A stretch of 64,000 bases of DNA from Lama guanicoe. Taxonomy: Eukaryota. Below, piece by piece: positions 1-14,980 of the stretch. The position numbers and the translations under genes were made by a program. Position 1 is the stretch's first letter, and each line of letters begins with the position of its first letter. The DNA lies in NCBI GenBank assembly GCA_013239625.1, contig MU053588.1:2862508-2926507 (forward strand), given 5' to 3'. The notes beneath the pieces were generated by a model. It did not search any database. It saw only the letters and a program-made list of their open reading frames with translations, and had not been told where the DNA came from.

Positions 1-1363
1 GGCAGGCCTGTGGAACACGTGAGGCCTGGGCACAGGGTGTCCTGCGGGTGCCCACCTGGCTCTCTCCGTTTGCCTTTACGTGCGTTCCTACTTCTTCCAT
101 CTCTGTGCCAAGGCCCCCGGGTCTCCAGCCAGACTTTGCCTCTTAGCCCCAGATCTACTGGGCTTCTTGCCCTGGGTGTCCCACACCAAACTCAGCCTGT
201 CCAGACTTGACTGTGGCACCTTCCTCCCAGACCTGCTCCTCTTCCTCCCTGAGGCCATTTTGCAGTGAAGGGCACCAGCGTCCACCCATTTGCCCAAATT
301 GGACATCTACAGTGTCCCCTCCTGCCCCCTCACCATCACTTTCCCCCTCATTCACTCTGTCCCTAAGTTTAGTTTGAAAGCCATTCTGCTCAGCACCACC
401 ATCAGGAACCCAGACTTCCTACCTTTCTGCTTCACCATCGTGGGCGAATTGGCTTTCATCCTGTGCTTGTTGCCTCATGTTCAGAAGATGGCTGCCACAG
501 GTCCAGACTTCACGGCCACGTGCAGAGCAGGCAGGAGGGCTGCGGGGAAGGGGCGGCAGCAGCCGCAGCAGTCTCTTTTATCAGGAAAGCAAAAGCAGAC
601 TTCCACTAAATTAGCTGGCTAGAGCTGTGTCCTGCGGCCACCTCTGGCTGTGAAGGAGGCTGGGAACCTGCTCTTCCAGGCCGTGGGATTCGGGGGCTTG
701 GGAGAAGGGAGTTGCTCTGGGCACCGGTGGAGCCAGTCAGCAGGGGCTGCCGCTCCCTGCACTACTTAACTCAGTTTCTCCAGACTCTGAGCCATCCCCT
801 CCCTGCCTTCTCACCACCACCCACCTGGCTCACACACTCAGTCCTGTCTCCTCTGTTGTTCCCCGCACAGCAGCCTGAGAGACAAAATCTATTTTGTTTT
901 TTCTTTTTTCATTCTGAGAGACAGGTCTGAGACATTGCTCCCCTGAGAGCTGTCGGCAGGTTACCCCATCCTCAGGGTAAAGTCCAGACGTATGGTTCCC
1001 TGCGCTCTCTGGGTGTCGTTCCCTGTGCTTCCCGCCTCGTCTCCCCACCCCTCCCACTTTATATCTCCGTCCTTCTGGCCTCTTGGCTTTTGCTGTTCTC
1101 TCTGCCAGAAACTGCCACCCTCCCCACCTTTGCTCAGCATAGGCATTGCTCCCTGATGCCTCTCCGTGGTGGGGCGGGTCCCCCTTCAGCCTCCAACTGC
1201 ACAGCCCCATCACCCTGGTTCTAACCAACCTGGCAGTTTCTCCATGAAAGCAGGAACGCCAGTGTGGCCTGGCCCAGAGCCGGCCTTCAGGAAGCATCTG
1301 TTGATTCAGAGTCATCAAAAGTTGGTCAGTGTTTGGATGTGTCTCTGTCATTGCCCAGCCTAA

Positions 1364-1546
<183 letters not shown>

Positions 1547-2228
1547 TAGGGGCTTGTGTGTGTGGTCCCCATCGAGGCAGGTCAGACCCAATCAGTCCCT
1601 CCTGTTTTGGCCCGCATTAGTCACCCATTGTGCTCTTACAGGAGCGGGAGGCCTGAGGAGCTAGAGGAAGACCTTTCCGAGCAAGAAAGAGCCAAGCCAG
1701 GGGCAGGAGTTGAGGGGCTTCCCCAGAGGCCTGGCAGTGTTGTGGTTAAAAGCCTGTGCTCTAACCATTCCATGCCTTGCTGGTGACCATTTTCAGATGT
1801 TGGGCAAGTCACTTCTGTTCTTAGCCTCAGTCTTCTCATCTCCAAAATAGAGATTAGGATGCACTGTCAGGCTGCTGGGAGCATGCAGCAAGGTCAGGCT
1901 GAGCTGCAGGCGTGGCTCATATTGTAGACCCCTGTCCACAGGGTGGAGGACTCTGCTGGCCTCTCCCGAGATGCCGTATCGTTCAGAGAGCAAAAACAAA
2001 TGGGAGGGCCCGGCCAGGGAGCGGCTAACTGCTGAGTGAATGCAGCAGAGGATGGAAGGGTCAAAGACTAAGAATGAAGAAAATGGATGAGCGATAAGGA
2101 GAGACTGGAGGTGAAGGAGTGAGCCTGGGGAGCTGAGGGTGGGGGTCTAGAGCAGTTGTGGATATGGGGGCCCTGCCAGGGAGCTGCCCTGAGGCAGTGC
2201 CAGGGAGGCAAATCTGACCCTTCCTCTT

Positions 2229-2386
2229 TTTTTTTTAAATTTAATTTAATTAAAAAATTTTTTTTGGCAGGGGGGAGGTGACTACGTTTATATAGCTAAT
2301 TTTTTGATGGAGGTACTGGGGATTGAACCCAGGACCTCGCGCATGCTAAGCATGCACTCTACCACTTGAGGTGTTCCCTCTTCCCA
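2229..2386 (-). mobile_element. tRNA-derived SINE (camelid Vic-1-like)
   Basis: Reverse complement has A/B-box-like CTCAAGTGGTAGAG...GGGTTCAATCCCC and an A-rich tail. Flanking TSD TGAC(C/T)CTTCCTCTT at 2215-2228 and 2387-2400. Confidence 0.85.
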
Positions 2387-3581
2387 TGACTCTTCCTCTT
2401 AGGTTCTGCAGGATCTTGGTCAAGTTGCTTAACTGCTCCTTGATTCGGTTTCCTTATCTAAGGCAGTAGTTGAGGGACTTCACAGGGCAGGTGACAGAAA
2501 GCCCTCAGCACAGGGCCTGGCTCAAGATGAGCACTCAAGAGTCAGAGGCAATGTTGTGTCCAGGGCCTCTCACCCTGGGGCAGCTCTTCAGCAGGGAGGC
2601 AAGGCCTGGCCAGGGAGGGCTCGGGAGAGGGCTCCAAGCAGGGCCTGGAGCAAGGGTCCTGGAGTCATGGGCAGCAGCTAGGCTCTACCCTCAGGGGCCA
2701 CCTCCGCAGGAGTGGGCCAGCCCGTACCAAGGGTCTCAGAAGGCCTTGCATCCAGGCAGGTGCGGGGTGCACTCAGGCAGGGCAAGGAGCAAAGTCAGAC
2801 TGCGGGCCCCATTTCTGGCTGGGCAGCTACTCGCCTGGCTGGCTCTGTGTCTCCCACCTGTGAAGTGGGGAGAACGAGGGCACTCAGAACGGGAGCGCTC
2901 ACTGAGCTCCTGAGTGCCAAGGACCTGTTCCCGGTGCCGGAGCCCCGCAGCAGAGCGGAGGTCTCCGCCCAAGGTCCCACTGCAGCTGCTGCGGGGAAGC
3001 CCTGACAATCCCCCTTACGTGTCAGAGCCGGTGATACAAGGCCCGGGTCAGAGAGGTGCCACCTTGGGGCTCCTTTGATGATGAGGTGGGCGTCCACTGG
3101 GGTTTTGTTTCAAGAAAAGGTTTTACTGCCATGAACAGGTTTGAATATTTCTTCTCTAGTCCAGAAGTCGTGAGCGTGGCCCATACTTTTCTTTGGTTCA
3201 TATGATGATTTTTTAAAGTAGATGAATTAGTTGACACACTTAAAAATCAGGTAGTTTCTCATTCTAAAAAGAAAACAGCAGGCTGGATTTCTTCTTTTGA
3301 AAAACTGGACCATCTGGCCTCCTGGGGCAGCAATGAGTTGCTTTGAACAGCAGCCTCCCTCTTGAGCCAGGCCTGTGCTTTCTGCCTCTGCCCACCTGCT
3401 TCCTGCACCCACTGGTCCCTGTAAGCATCCGATGTGCCTTCCCCGATTCTAGTCCGGCTTCCTTCCTGCACAGGAGGGAAACGGGAGCCCTGGTAGGAAG
3501 GGCCTGGCAGGGAACCCTCACAGGGTTGACCCGCCCCCTGCATTACCCGCCATGGTAACGGCAGCCTCCTCCCGCACTCAG

Positions 3582-3743
3582 GCGTGCTCATGTACCGGGA
3601 CTACCCGCTGGAACTGTTTATGGCCCAGTGCTACGGCAATGTGAGCGACCTGGGCAAGGGACGCCAGATGCCCGTCCACTATGGCTGCCAGGAGCGCCAC
3701 TTCGTCACCATCTCCTCTCCGCTGGCCACGCAGATCCCTCAGG
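3582..3743 (+). CDS. BCKDHA: BCKDHA exon 5
   Basis: cag|GCGTGCTC...CCTCAGG|gtgag. Translates [53 protein letters not shown]; 162 bp, phase-compatible. Confidence 0.97.
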
Positions 3744-5437
3744 GTGAGGACGCATTTCCCTGCACGGGTCCTTGCCCTTCTCCGTCCTTCAGGGGCTTCC
3801 TGGTTGCTACCATGGGTAGAGTGCTGGTCTGTACAATAGGCTTGCAGGACCCCTCCTGTCTGGGGTCCCCGTTGGAGGGCTGTGGTGGCGTCCACGCCCC
3901 GTTCGGCAGGCCTGTGCGGGCACGATCACGCTCTCCATTTCCCACACTTGCGCCCCAGGTCTGTCGTTTCACAGGCACAGCCAACTGTGCATAACTGAGC
4001 ATGCACCAGACCCCTCGCTGAAGGTCCGCTGGCAGGGATCAAGAGAAGGGACTCACATTGTCAACCGTGTGGTTCTCGACCCCAGCCCTGCTCTGCCTCT
4101 GTCCTCAGAGTCTAATTCCCTAAAGCTTACTCTGGGAGCCCGTGATGCTTAGGTGCTTAGCACCCTCGGTGTGGCTTCTATTAAAGGCCACAGCTTGCGA
4201 AGCAGGCCTGCATGGGGCCAGGCGGCAGCCACACAGCGCAGAGACCACAGGTGCGGACCTCCCTGCCCCACCTCTGGAGCCTGCACTTGATCGAGGGTTG
4301 GTTTGCTCCAGGACAGACACATGTGCTGATGTGTCTGCGGGGCTTAGCAGAGGGCCCGGCACGTCGGAAGGCCTGTGCACGTTCACCCCAGTGTGTTCTG
4401 TTTGGGGACAAGGAACAGTTTTTGCCTGAGGTCTGAGGTGGGCAGGGCAGCTTTCTGGCAGGAGGGGGCATTTTTGCTGATTTCTATTTCATAAGGTTTC
4501 TGTAAGGTGGGGCCTGGCCCTCACTTTCCAACTGGGTGACCATTAAGTCACTCAGTCGGCCAACATACGAAGTCCTTGCTGTGTGCTGGGTGCTGTTCTA
4601 GGCACAGTGAACAGAGGTGAGGAAAAACCTTAGCCCTCCTGGTGCTGACCCTGTGCAGGGGGGTGGGGGAGACAATAAACAGGATGAAGTAACACATGGA
4701 GTATGTCAGGGCAATAAAGTCTACAGGGAAAATAAAGCTGAGGGAGTGGTGTGTGATGGGAGAAGGTGGGGACAGGTGTCTCCAGGTGACAGAAATACAG
4801 ACCAGGAAGTTGTGGGGGCAGGCAGGGTCTTGGGGCAGGTGCTTGCTCTGTGTTTGAGGTGCAGGGAGGATCGATGGAGCAGGTGTGGAGGGAGGGGCTG
4901 AGGGAGGGAGAGCAGTCAGGGCAGGGTGCGGATAGGTGGGGTCTTGGGCCTTTGATTTTTGAAGGCACTTTGACCCAGAGTGAGCCTGAGCCAGGGGAGG
5001 GAAGGGGAATGACTGGCCTGGCTCACCTTTTAAGTCCTAGGTTGGCTGCCCTGAGGGTAACAGGTTGGGTGGGTGGGGGCTGGTGGGGAGGCTGCTCTGG
5101 AACAGCCACAGGCTAGAGGTGGAGGTGGGGAGGGGTGGGGCTGGGCCCCCGGGGAGAGGAGAGGTGAAGGAGGTGGGGAGGAGGGGTCAGGTTCTGGCTC
5201 CACTTTGAAGGTGGAGCCGGTGTGGGAAATGACAAAGTTAGGAGTCAACGATGCGGAAGTCTTTGGCCAGAGCATTTGGAAGGATGGAGCTGGGGTCAGC
5301 TGAAGGAAGAAGACTGGGTAGAGCAGCTTCTTGGGGGACAATCAGGAGCTCAGGCGTCTTCTTTCCCCTCAGAGCCTGGCCACAGCCAGCCTGAGCCCTG
5401 GAGCCCCGGGTTGGAGGGCCGGGGTATGTGGGTCTGA

Positions 5438-5830
<393 letters not shown>

Positions 5831-5840
5831 TGAGGCCTGA

Positions 5841-6098
<258 letters not shown>

Positions 6099-6151
6099 TG
6101 ACCTTTATTCCATTTCCACCCCTTCTCCCATAGTCCACCCCTCTCTCCTGA

Positions 6152-6583
<432 letters not shown>

Positions 6584-6956
6584 TGATTTAATTTGAGTGC
6601 AGTGTGAGGGTCCATCCAGAGTTGGTGCCCAGCCCTTAGCCCTGGTCATCAGGCCCCAGAGGCGTGCAGCCCAGGGTGGGCAGGTCAGACCCTGGTGTTG
6701 GGCAGTGCTTGCTTCCTGGCTCTGTCCTTGACTACATCATCCTGGGCACGTCCCTCCCCTTCTCTGTGCCTTGGTTTCCTCACCTCTGAGCTGCCGGCTT
6801 CTTAGGGCTGCTGAGAGGCTGAAATGACTCTGTACTCTTCAGTGCGGTGCCTGGGCCTGCTAAGGGTAGAGATGCTGGGATTTGGGATGTTAGGGTCACC
6901 ACTGTTATGACAGTTATCTCTATTGTCCAGATGGGAACACTTGGCTCAGGGGATAA

Positions 6957-7208
<252 letters not shown>

Positions 7209-7520
7209 GGCCGGTCGCCCCACCCGCCTCAACCACCCCAAGGGGCAGAGGGGACTGGAGGGACGCTACCCGTTCCCCACACAGCCCCCTCATAATACTC
7301 AGGCCAGGGCAGTACCGGGCGGCTCCTGCTCACCATCCCCGCGCCTACAGGCTGTTACATTGGTGGGGCCTCGTCAGCTCCCTCTCTGGCTTTTGTTACA
7401 GGGCCTTCTCTCAGGGGCTGGGCCAGGGCCCCTCGAGGACTGGAAGCCCCCTCTGGGCTAGGGGTGGATGTGGCAGCTCAGCCTGTGGGACTTAGAGTGT
7501 GAGGTGGCCATCAGGGAGTA

Positions 7521-7526
7521 AATAAA
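7521..7526 (+). terminator. BCKDHA polyadenylation signal
   Basis: AATAAA ~310 bp after the stop codon, followed by GT/CT-rich sequence. Confidence 0.75.
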
Positions 7527-8117
7527 CTGTCTCTCTGCCTTTGGCTCTGTGCCACCTCTGGTCTCCGTCTCCTGGAGTTTGGGACGTGGGAGGAGAGTCC
7601 AGCATGACTGGTTTGGGGCCACCCCCACTTTTCCACTTGAGATAAATGAAGCCTAGGCTGTTGAGCTATCTATTTCCTTTGGAAACTTCTGCAAGCTGGA
7701 GGGTCAGCTTCAGCAGACAGGTAGGGGTGGGGGACCTACGGAGATGGGCTCCTGTCTCCCATAGAACGGGGACAGGCTGGTGTCCAGCACAGTGACCAGA
7801 AGGCCATCGGGGCTGGCCTTGCCCAGTAAGGATGGCGAGGGTGTCTGGTGTGAAGGTCAGGGTACAGATGAGCTCTGCTCTGTAAAACCCCCTGGTACCC
7901 TTCAGATACAGGCGACTCCAGGCCTCAGGAGGGAAAGCATATTTTTAAAAAACAAAAAGACAGAAAGTCCGTTGCCTCTTGGGGAGGCCTCTGGCCTAGG
8001 GAGGCCCAGGAGGGGCTCGAGCAGGCTCCATTTCACACCGAGGACTGGAAGGAGAGGCTGAGCCAGGGGCCGGTGCCGAGGCCCAGGCCAGGTCTGCCCG
8101 CCCCTCCACGCCGAGGC

Positions 8118-9311
8118 TCAGCACTGGAGCTGAGGGTCCTGCAGCTGTTTCCAGAGCCGGATGCTGTCCTGGGGGCTGAGGGGCCGCACCAGCAGCAGGT
8201 CGCGGAAGGCACAGGGGTCAGCGGTGCGGTCCGCTGGCCAGGCCGTGAGGAAGCCTTTGTGGGTCCTGGGCGCCAGGCCCAGGGCTTGGAAGCACAGGCC
8301 TGTGTAGACGTCGTCAAAGGGGAAGGGGGCCACGCGGGCCGCTGCCTGCAGCAGCCAGGGTGCCAGGCGCCCGGCGATGACATAGCCGCCCCCGCTCGCG
8401 TAGGCCGGGTAGCTGCCTTCGAAGAAGGACCCAGGCACGTAGAAGGGTCCTCCAGGCTTCCGGAGGGGCTTGGCCTGGGTGAAGACCTCGCCCAGATAGA
8501 GGCCTCTGGCCCTGCTGGGCGGCAGGGCCCGCAGGTGGTCCAGCAGGGCAGGGATGTGTACGAAGGCGTCGTCCTGGGTTCGCAGGACGAAGCGCACACT
8601 GGGGCAGTGGTGGCCAAGCCAGGCCAGCAGCAGCAGGTCTTTGAGCGTCTGGTTGAAGGGGACGTCGAGGAAGTCCCAGAGCAGCAGGTCGCTGTAGCGG
8701 CGGCTCTCCCAGGCTGCCAGGGAGCCTAAGTCAGGCCCCCTCTTGCCTGCTGGGGACCCCAGCAGGAAGAGCAGCCGGACCCCCGGAGCCGGCCCGCCCC
8801 ACGTCTCCCTCACGGCCTGTCGTTCCGCGAAGCGCCCTGGTTCTGACTTGACGGCCAGTAGCAGGTAGGGGACGTCAGAATCCTTGCAGCTGGCCACTTG
8901 GCCGCCGCCACCCCCAGGCAGCCACCGTGGGAAGCTCCGGCAGGCTGCCGATAGCAAGAAGTGGCGGAGGTCCTCGGGGTAGGAGGTGAAGTCTGGGATC
9001 TCGGCAGCAGCAGCAGCCCCCCAGGCATTGCAGTCCCCCGCCTCAGTGCTGTCCCCGCTGGGCAGGGTCCCCAGCCGCCACTGCTGCTGGTTCCAGTAAG
9101 CCGTGGGCAGCGGTCCAGTTTGGCCCAGACGGGCTGAAAGGTTAGCCGGCAGGGTGGGCTCAGGGCAGGCTGGCGTGGGGCCTGGCGGGGTGCTGCGGGG
9201 TCCGGGGTAGGCCTTGCTAAGCCGAGGCTCCGACGTCCATTCGATGTACACTTTGAGGCCCAAGAGTGTGAGCAGTGCTGACAGGCAGAGGAGGCACTTG
9301 GGGCAGCGCAT
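8118..9311 (-). CDS. B3GNT8: Beta-1,3-N-acetylglucosaminyltransferase 8 (GT31), single coding exon, 397 aa
   Basis: ATG at 9311 gives MRCPKCLLCLSALLTLLGLKVYIEW (type II anchor). GT31 motifs LLLAVKS, RQAVRETWG, FNQTLKDLL, QDDAFV, YPAYASGGGY, FDDVYTGLC. Splice acceptor at 9344-9346. Synteny with BCKDHA. Confidence 0.96.
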   Translation of the reverse strand: MRCPKCLLCLSALLTLLGLKVYIEWTSEPRLSKAYPGPRSTPPGPTPACPEPTLPANLSARLGQTGPLPTAYWNQQQWRLGTLPSGDSTEAGDCNAWGAAAAAEIPDFTSYPEDLRHFLLSAACRSFPRWLPGGGGGQVASCKDSDVPYLLLAVKSEPGRFAERQAVRETWGGPAPGVRLLFLLGSPAGKRGPDLGSLAAWESRRYSDLLLWDFLDVPFNQTLKDLLLLAWLGHHCPSVRFVLRTQDDAFVHIPALLDHLRALPPSRARGLYLGEVFTQAKPLRKPGGPFYVPGSFFEGSYPAYASGGGYVIAGRLAPWLLQAAARVAPFPFDDVYTGLCFQALGLAPRTHKGFLTAWPADRTADPCAFRDLLLVRPLSPQDSIRLWKQLQDPQLQC

Positions 9312-12300
9312 GACCCGACCCAGCGAAGGGGCAGCTGTGGGAGCTGCAAAGGAACCACAGAGGCCTTTGGGGTGCAGGGATGAGCCTTCCAGCCCCTGCC
9401 AACCCCAGTAAGGCTTCTCACAGTCCCAGACCCTAAACCAGCCCTCCACCAAGGACTTTCCCCTCTTCCTGGACTTGCGGATCCCTGCTCCCATTCCAAT
9501 ACCCTGCTCTTCCACCATCAGCCCAGTTCCTTCCACCTTCCTAGAAACTCAGGAGGCTGCCTCTTCCTCAACCCCATCCCCACCCTAGAGACTGGTACTC
9601 CGCCCTTCCAACCTTCTCCCACCAGTTCATCCCCCTTACCGGGAGTCAGGATCACAGGGTCCCCTCCTTCCACCTTCGTGGAAACCAGAAACCAGCCTCC
9701 CTCTACCGCCCAAGTCCTCACCCCAGGCGCTGCTCTGTCTTTACCTCCGGGTCCGGCTCCCGCCAGCTCCAGCGCCCTGGGCCTCTGGTCCGGCCCTCCC
9801 TGCCGCCTCCCCTGCCCTCGTCCTGGAGCTACTGCCCTTGTTCTCCAGCCCAGCCGGTCGGCGGGGCGGGGAGGGGAGCTAGAGGCTGGGAGGGCCCCAG
9901 GGGCCGGGAGGGGCTGGGGCGGGGCTGAGGGAGGAGGGGAGAGGGAACGGGGAGGAGGGCAGGAGGGCAGGAGGCCAACCTGAGAGATGGGGCTCTGACG
10001 TGTTAGGGCTGGTTTTCTGGTGAGACAGCGGGAAAGGTGCCGGGGTGGCTGCAGAGACTGACGGGGGGCCAGCAGGCCGGGGAGGGGAGAACCAGGGGCC
10101 CGGGAGAGAGCCCGTGGGAGGCTGAGGCTGAGGGCTGGTGGAGCCATGGGCTGAGGGCCCGGGGACAGAGAGAGTCCTAAAGTGGCAGCGCCTGGCCGGG
10201 GGTGGAGGGCGGGGCAGAGGTGAATGTGCTGAGAGGGCACGGGTGGCCCTGCCAGTGGTAGGGGGTGTCGTCATCGGCCCTCCCCCCCAGTCAGGGTGGG
10301 GGTTGGGAAGGGGGCTGGGGAGGAGGAGGAGAGACAGGCAGAGATAGACAGTGCAGAGAAGAGACAGCCAGGGAGAGGCAAAGAGGACTTGGGGAGGCAA
10401 AGAGGAAAGAGCTGCCAGGAGAGGAGATGGGAAAGTGGAGTCGGAGGAGGGGGGAAATGGAGACAGCGAGAGAAAAGAGAAGCCCCTGTTGGGGAGGGTA
10501 GAAAGGGACATGAGGAGAGGCAGGTGGAGGGACGCAGGGTGGGGGAAAGAGCCTCAGTCAGGGAGAGGCCGAGAAGGGAGCCAGAGCTGCCAGGAGTGGG
10601 GCAGATGGAAGGGGTGGGTGGAGCATGAGCCAGGCTAGAGGGCAGTGAAGGGTGATGGGTGGAGGCACCAGGAGCCCTGGAGCTAAGCTGACCCCTGCAC
10701 CTCCTCTGTCCCCTTGGGTGCCTGGGCTGCCTGCCCAGTGGGGCGGGAATCCCTCACTCCAGCCCCGGCCCTGTCTCCAGCTGCACCATGACTCCAGGAA
10801 CACTCACATCCGGCCCCCTGGGAAGGGAGAGAGTGTCTGCCTGTGTTTACATCCCTGCCCTCCAGAGGCCCCTGCTATTGGGGCTGCATCAGCTGTCTGG
10901 GGAGGCAGGCAGGGGGGCCTCCTCATTCCAGACCTCCTGGGGTGGGGCAGAAGGCCCCTCAGCGAGCCTGGCCTGACACCCTTCACCCCACCCAGGCTGG
11001 GGACTGCCGATCATCTCAGCAGCAGCAGCAGCAGTTGATTATCCATCCAGCACTGATTCCCTCCCTGCCAGGTTTGAATAATGGAGCCCATGGGACCAGC
11101 TGGGGGAAGTGAGTGCAGAGGAGGTGGGAAATACTGATGGAATAAAAGCTAGAATGGGCTGGGGTCAGGGCCCTGAGCATCCCTGGAAGGGGCCTTCAAG
11201 CCTCCCCCAGACCAGGATGGGGGTCCAGGCCCCCTAACTCTCTGCTCATCTAGCAGAGCAGAGAACCTCCCAGGGCGTGGAGGTTCTTCGATCTGGGCAG
11301 CTGCCCCTCCTGGGAGCGGTGGGAAGTCTCGAAGCAGAGGGTTTTGGTTGCTGTGTGCATCAGTCTGCAGACACCCAATGAGGAGAGAGAAACCACCCAG
11401 CAACTGTAACAGGTACAGTCGAATTTCAAGAATGAAGAGGTGCCTTGTGGAGCATGGTTGAGGGGGATGTGCAGGTAGAACATGGTGAACACAACCCAGC
11501 ATTCCTGCCTCCCGAGCCTTCAGGTCCCTCTCCAGATGATGCTGGGGCAGTTCTGGCTTCTCGCCTGCCTTAGGGATTGTAGGTCACTGTTGAGTCCAAA
11601 TTCCAGTCACCCAACCTAGAAGAGCTGTCAGGACTGCCCCCAGCTGCACTAGCTAACCCGTTACATGTAGATCTAGTACTAAAGTGCCCTCCTGCCAGTG
11701 AACTGGGCCCCAGCCAGTGAGATCTGCCCTCACTGGCTAACACCCCGAGGACCCACTCCTGCACAGGTTCCCCAGGGTTCTGACACTACATGTTTGCAAG
11801 TCTTCCCCTTTTCGTGTCAAAGCTGTTGCCTTCGGGTCATAGTGAGCACCTGTCCCCTGGAGTGCGCCGAGACTTGACCCTTGGTATTTCTGGGTCTAGT
11901 GACAGCAGCAGGCACTTGTGAAAGTCTTAAGAGCAGTCACCCTTTCCAGGGCGTCTGCCCCAGGAGAGGTCAGCACAGGGCTTCCAGGGCAGGGATCCCC
12001 GGTGGTCTCAGACACTGGCAACAGGGGGCTTGCAGTGACCAGGGGGTTCGAGAATCTGATTCTTTTGGGCCCAACCAGATGACCTGATTCCAAATTTCTG
12101 GGTCCCACTGTTTACCAGTCAGTGTCCTTACTTTTACATGAGAAACTTCTTAAGACTGGGAAGTCAGCTGTTGCACCTTAGCAGCTTACAAACTTCTGTG
12201 GAAAAAGCACATTTACCGGCCCTGGAGCTAAAAGTAAGAAAGAACTGTGGTGGGGGCTGTCATGAGGGCTTTCCAGTTCTGAGACAGTGACCTGAGCTGG

Positions 12301-12655
12301 GTGCTCAAAGTCACTCCAGGGAACCCGCCCAGCACTGTCTTTAGGGCTGTCATCACTGCCACAGGTCAGCACAGCAGCCTAGGAGTCCCCAGGGCACGCC
12401 CTTCAGCTGGTGCCTCATCACAACCCCAGAGGAAGCCCTTCTGAGATGCTGCTGCTGCTGCATGCCTTGGGTTCCTCACGTGCCTCTGCCTATGGCCAGG
12501 GGCTTCTGTGCTGCCCTCAAGCCAGAGGCAGGAAAAACCAACTCCCAAATCCTGTCCCTCTGAGTTCATCTCTGGGAACTCTCCGGATGCCAGTCCTGTA
12601 TCAGTTTGGATCCAATCCGGAGAGAAAAACTACATAGTGCTTTGAACAGGGAAAG

Positions 12656-12661
12656 TTTAAT
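12656..12661 (-). terminator. Candidate DMAC2 polyadenylation signal (ATTAAA)
   Basis: tttaat on the + strand ~920 bp downstream of the DMAC2 stop, in an AT-rich patch. Confidence 0.45.
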
Positions 12662-13577
12662 ATAAAGAATTATTGACTTTAACAGCAAACTGAAACAGGA
12701 AGGGATTCGTTGGTAAGGTGCCTCAGAATTTACTGGAAATCCACCTTCAGAGCTGTGGCGACACATTCAGGGAGGTGTCTCCGTGCAGGCGCTCCTGCGT
12801 GAAGCTGCGGGTGTGTGTGTGTTGGGGGTGTTGCCGGGGGCGCTGCTGACCACCTGGGGCTTCAGGAACCAGGCACTGGGGAAGCCGAGCCAGCACTGCA
12901 GGGGGCGCCGTGCTGCACACCTGCGCCAGGAAGCAAAAGCCTTTCCCCTGACGAGGAACGTCTTCCCAGTGCCCTCTGCTGGCAAACCTGATCACGCCAG
13001 TTAGCAGGGGAAAAATATTTCTAAGGGCCAGATCAATTTTCACAGAGCAAACAAGAAAGTTGAATTTGGAGCTGAGTCAGTAATGCAATAAGCAGGAACA
13101 CCGTGGACCTGAGGCGCTCCCAGCCTTCACTGGTGCGGACCACGCCTGGGTCCTGCGGTGAGCTGAGTCCCACACAGGGAAGAGCACCTTGTAAAACGTG
13201 GGTAGCAGCCCCTGTTTGGTCAGGTCCCGGCAGGAAACAGCAGCACATGCAAATGGGATAATTTGACCAGAGTTTTCTTGACATAGTGGTGGGCGCGGTG
13301 TGGGGAAGCCCCCACCTCCCCCAGGCCTGCAGAGGCAGGAGGAGGTTGTGAACTGGAAGGAGGGACGCGTGCCTGACAGGGGCTGTGACCTTCCGCCCAA
13401 GGTACAGAGCCCCCTGGGTTGGGAAGTAAATACCCCGCCTCACACTCTTTCCCTCCATCCCGCCAGGGCCCCTCAGCCCGCCCGCCCGCCCGACCGACCC
13501 CCACGTTGGTGAGACCGGCTAGAAGCTGGGGCTGGGCTGTCGGCCCCTCAGCGCAGCCCTGCTGACACAGGCTGAGT

Positions 13578-13758
13578 CTAGGCAGGGATGGGGCTGCTGG
13601 CTGTGTCCTGCGACTGCTCCTCCAGCCCCAACTTGAGGCCCTGGGCCCAGCCAGCCCCCAGAACCTCACAGTTGGGCAGCATCTCCTCCACCAAGATCTG
13701 AGTGAGGCCCGGGTTGGACACAGCAGGGAGGTGGGAGATGTCCAGCCTGCGGAGGTTC
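13578..13758 (-). CDS. DMAC2: DMAC2 exon 6, terminal coding part
   Basis: cag|GAACCTCCGC. Translates [59 protein letters not shown]. Confidence 0.94.
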
Positions 13759-14171
13759 CTGAGGAGGCAAGATGAGGGAGGCCCGCCTAAGGATGGAGTG
13801 TCTGTGCATCAGGGTAGGGAGGGGGTTGCCCCCGCCCCCACTTCAACCCCCAGCTTCCTAAAATAAAAGTCTGAGGGCCCAAGTACATGAGACCCACCAT
13901 GTTAGTTACAGACACCTCTGGCTCCTCTTGTTTTGCAACAGTGTAAATATCATGGAGTTCCATTAAAACAAAAAAACTAGGGGTCCTCCGTTCTCCCAGG
14001 GGTCTGCCGTGCTGCTCATCTGTGCTCATCACCACACACACTGACTCTGTCCTGGAGGCAGGGATGCGGGAGCTGCCCAGCGGCGCCCCCTCTCCACTCC
14101 CTCTCCCATGTATCTGTGCTGGGTGGTAGCGCCTCGCCTGGCCTGGGGCCCACCCTGAGCTGAGGTCTCAC

Positions 14172-14334
14172 CGGAGGTGGTGGAGGCAGGCAAGGCCCCG
14201 TTCAGAGATTCGGGGGCAACCAGCCAGCGAGAGCTCCTGCAGTGAGTCGGCCAGCGGGTGGAGGCGGCTAAGACACCAGTCATCCACGTGGGGACAGCAC
14301 CGCAGCGACAGGGACTGGAGCTCCTTCAGGGCCA
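14172..14334 (-). CDS. DMAC2: DMAC2 exon 5 (LRR-like)
   Basis: tag|TGGCCCTGAAG...CTCCG|gtgag. Translates [53 protein letters not shown]. Confidence 0.95.
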
Positions 14335-14431
14335 CTAGATAGGGGAGAGGGCAGATGGCACCGAGGGCCCTTCTGGAGCTCACCACGAAAGGGAAAGTGC
14401 AGAGCCCTGCCCATCCCCATCCCCCACTCAC

Positions 14432-14568
14432 AGAGGTGGTCCAGGCCTTGGTAGTTGATGGCACAGCCACTGGCATCGACAGCCTCTATGGGCACCGCCC
14501 GGAACTCCCAGAACTCAAGAGAGGACAGGCCGCGCCCACTTGACCGCATCCACTCCTTGTCCTGAAAC
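14432..14568 (-). CDS. DMAC2: DMAC2 exon 4
   Basis: cag|GTTTCAGGAC...CTCT|gtgag. Translates [45 protein letters not shown]. Confidence 0.94.
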
Positions 14569-14980
14569 CTGGAACGGAAGACGGGGTTTGCAGGGTACCC
14601 TACCCACTCCTAGGCCACCAACTTCTTGAGAGCGCTCCCAGCCCGCATAGCACGACGGTACTGGGCCTGGCGCACTTACTATATTCCAGGTCCTGGACTA
14701 AGGGCTTTACATGTCTGGTCTCATTGGATCCCCTGACAACCCCATCAAAGGTGGAAGGTTTGGCTAATTTTACATACCTGGAAGCTGAGGGTCAAAGAGA
14801 TTACTGATAACAAAGGAGAATAGAGCTCTAAGACCAGACTCCCTGTAGATGGGCAAAAGTTGAGGCATTTTCAGACGGGTGCTGGAGGAAGTGTTCAAGC
14901 CAAGTGAGAATCTTAACTGGAACCAAGATGAGGGGTTGATGAAGCTTACATGAATTTTGTTTTTCAAAAAAGTAAAGGTA

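Noticed and set aside
9312..9536. 75-aa N-terminal extension of B3GNT8 in the ORF track (472 aa)
   Set aside because: It starts at a non-ATG codon and crosses a splice acceptor at 9344-9346; the ATG at 9311 gives the expected 397-aa type II protein.
9518..10640. Long Pro/Gly-rich ORFs on both strands
   Set aside because: Low-complexity GC-skewed sequence upstream of B3GNT8 with few stops; no recognisable domain.
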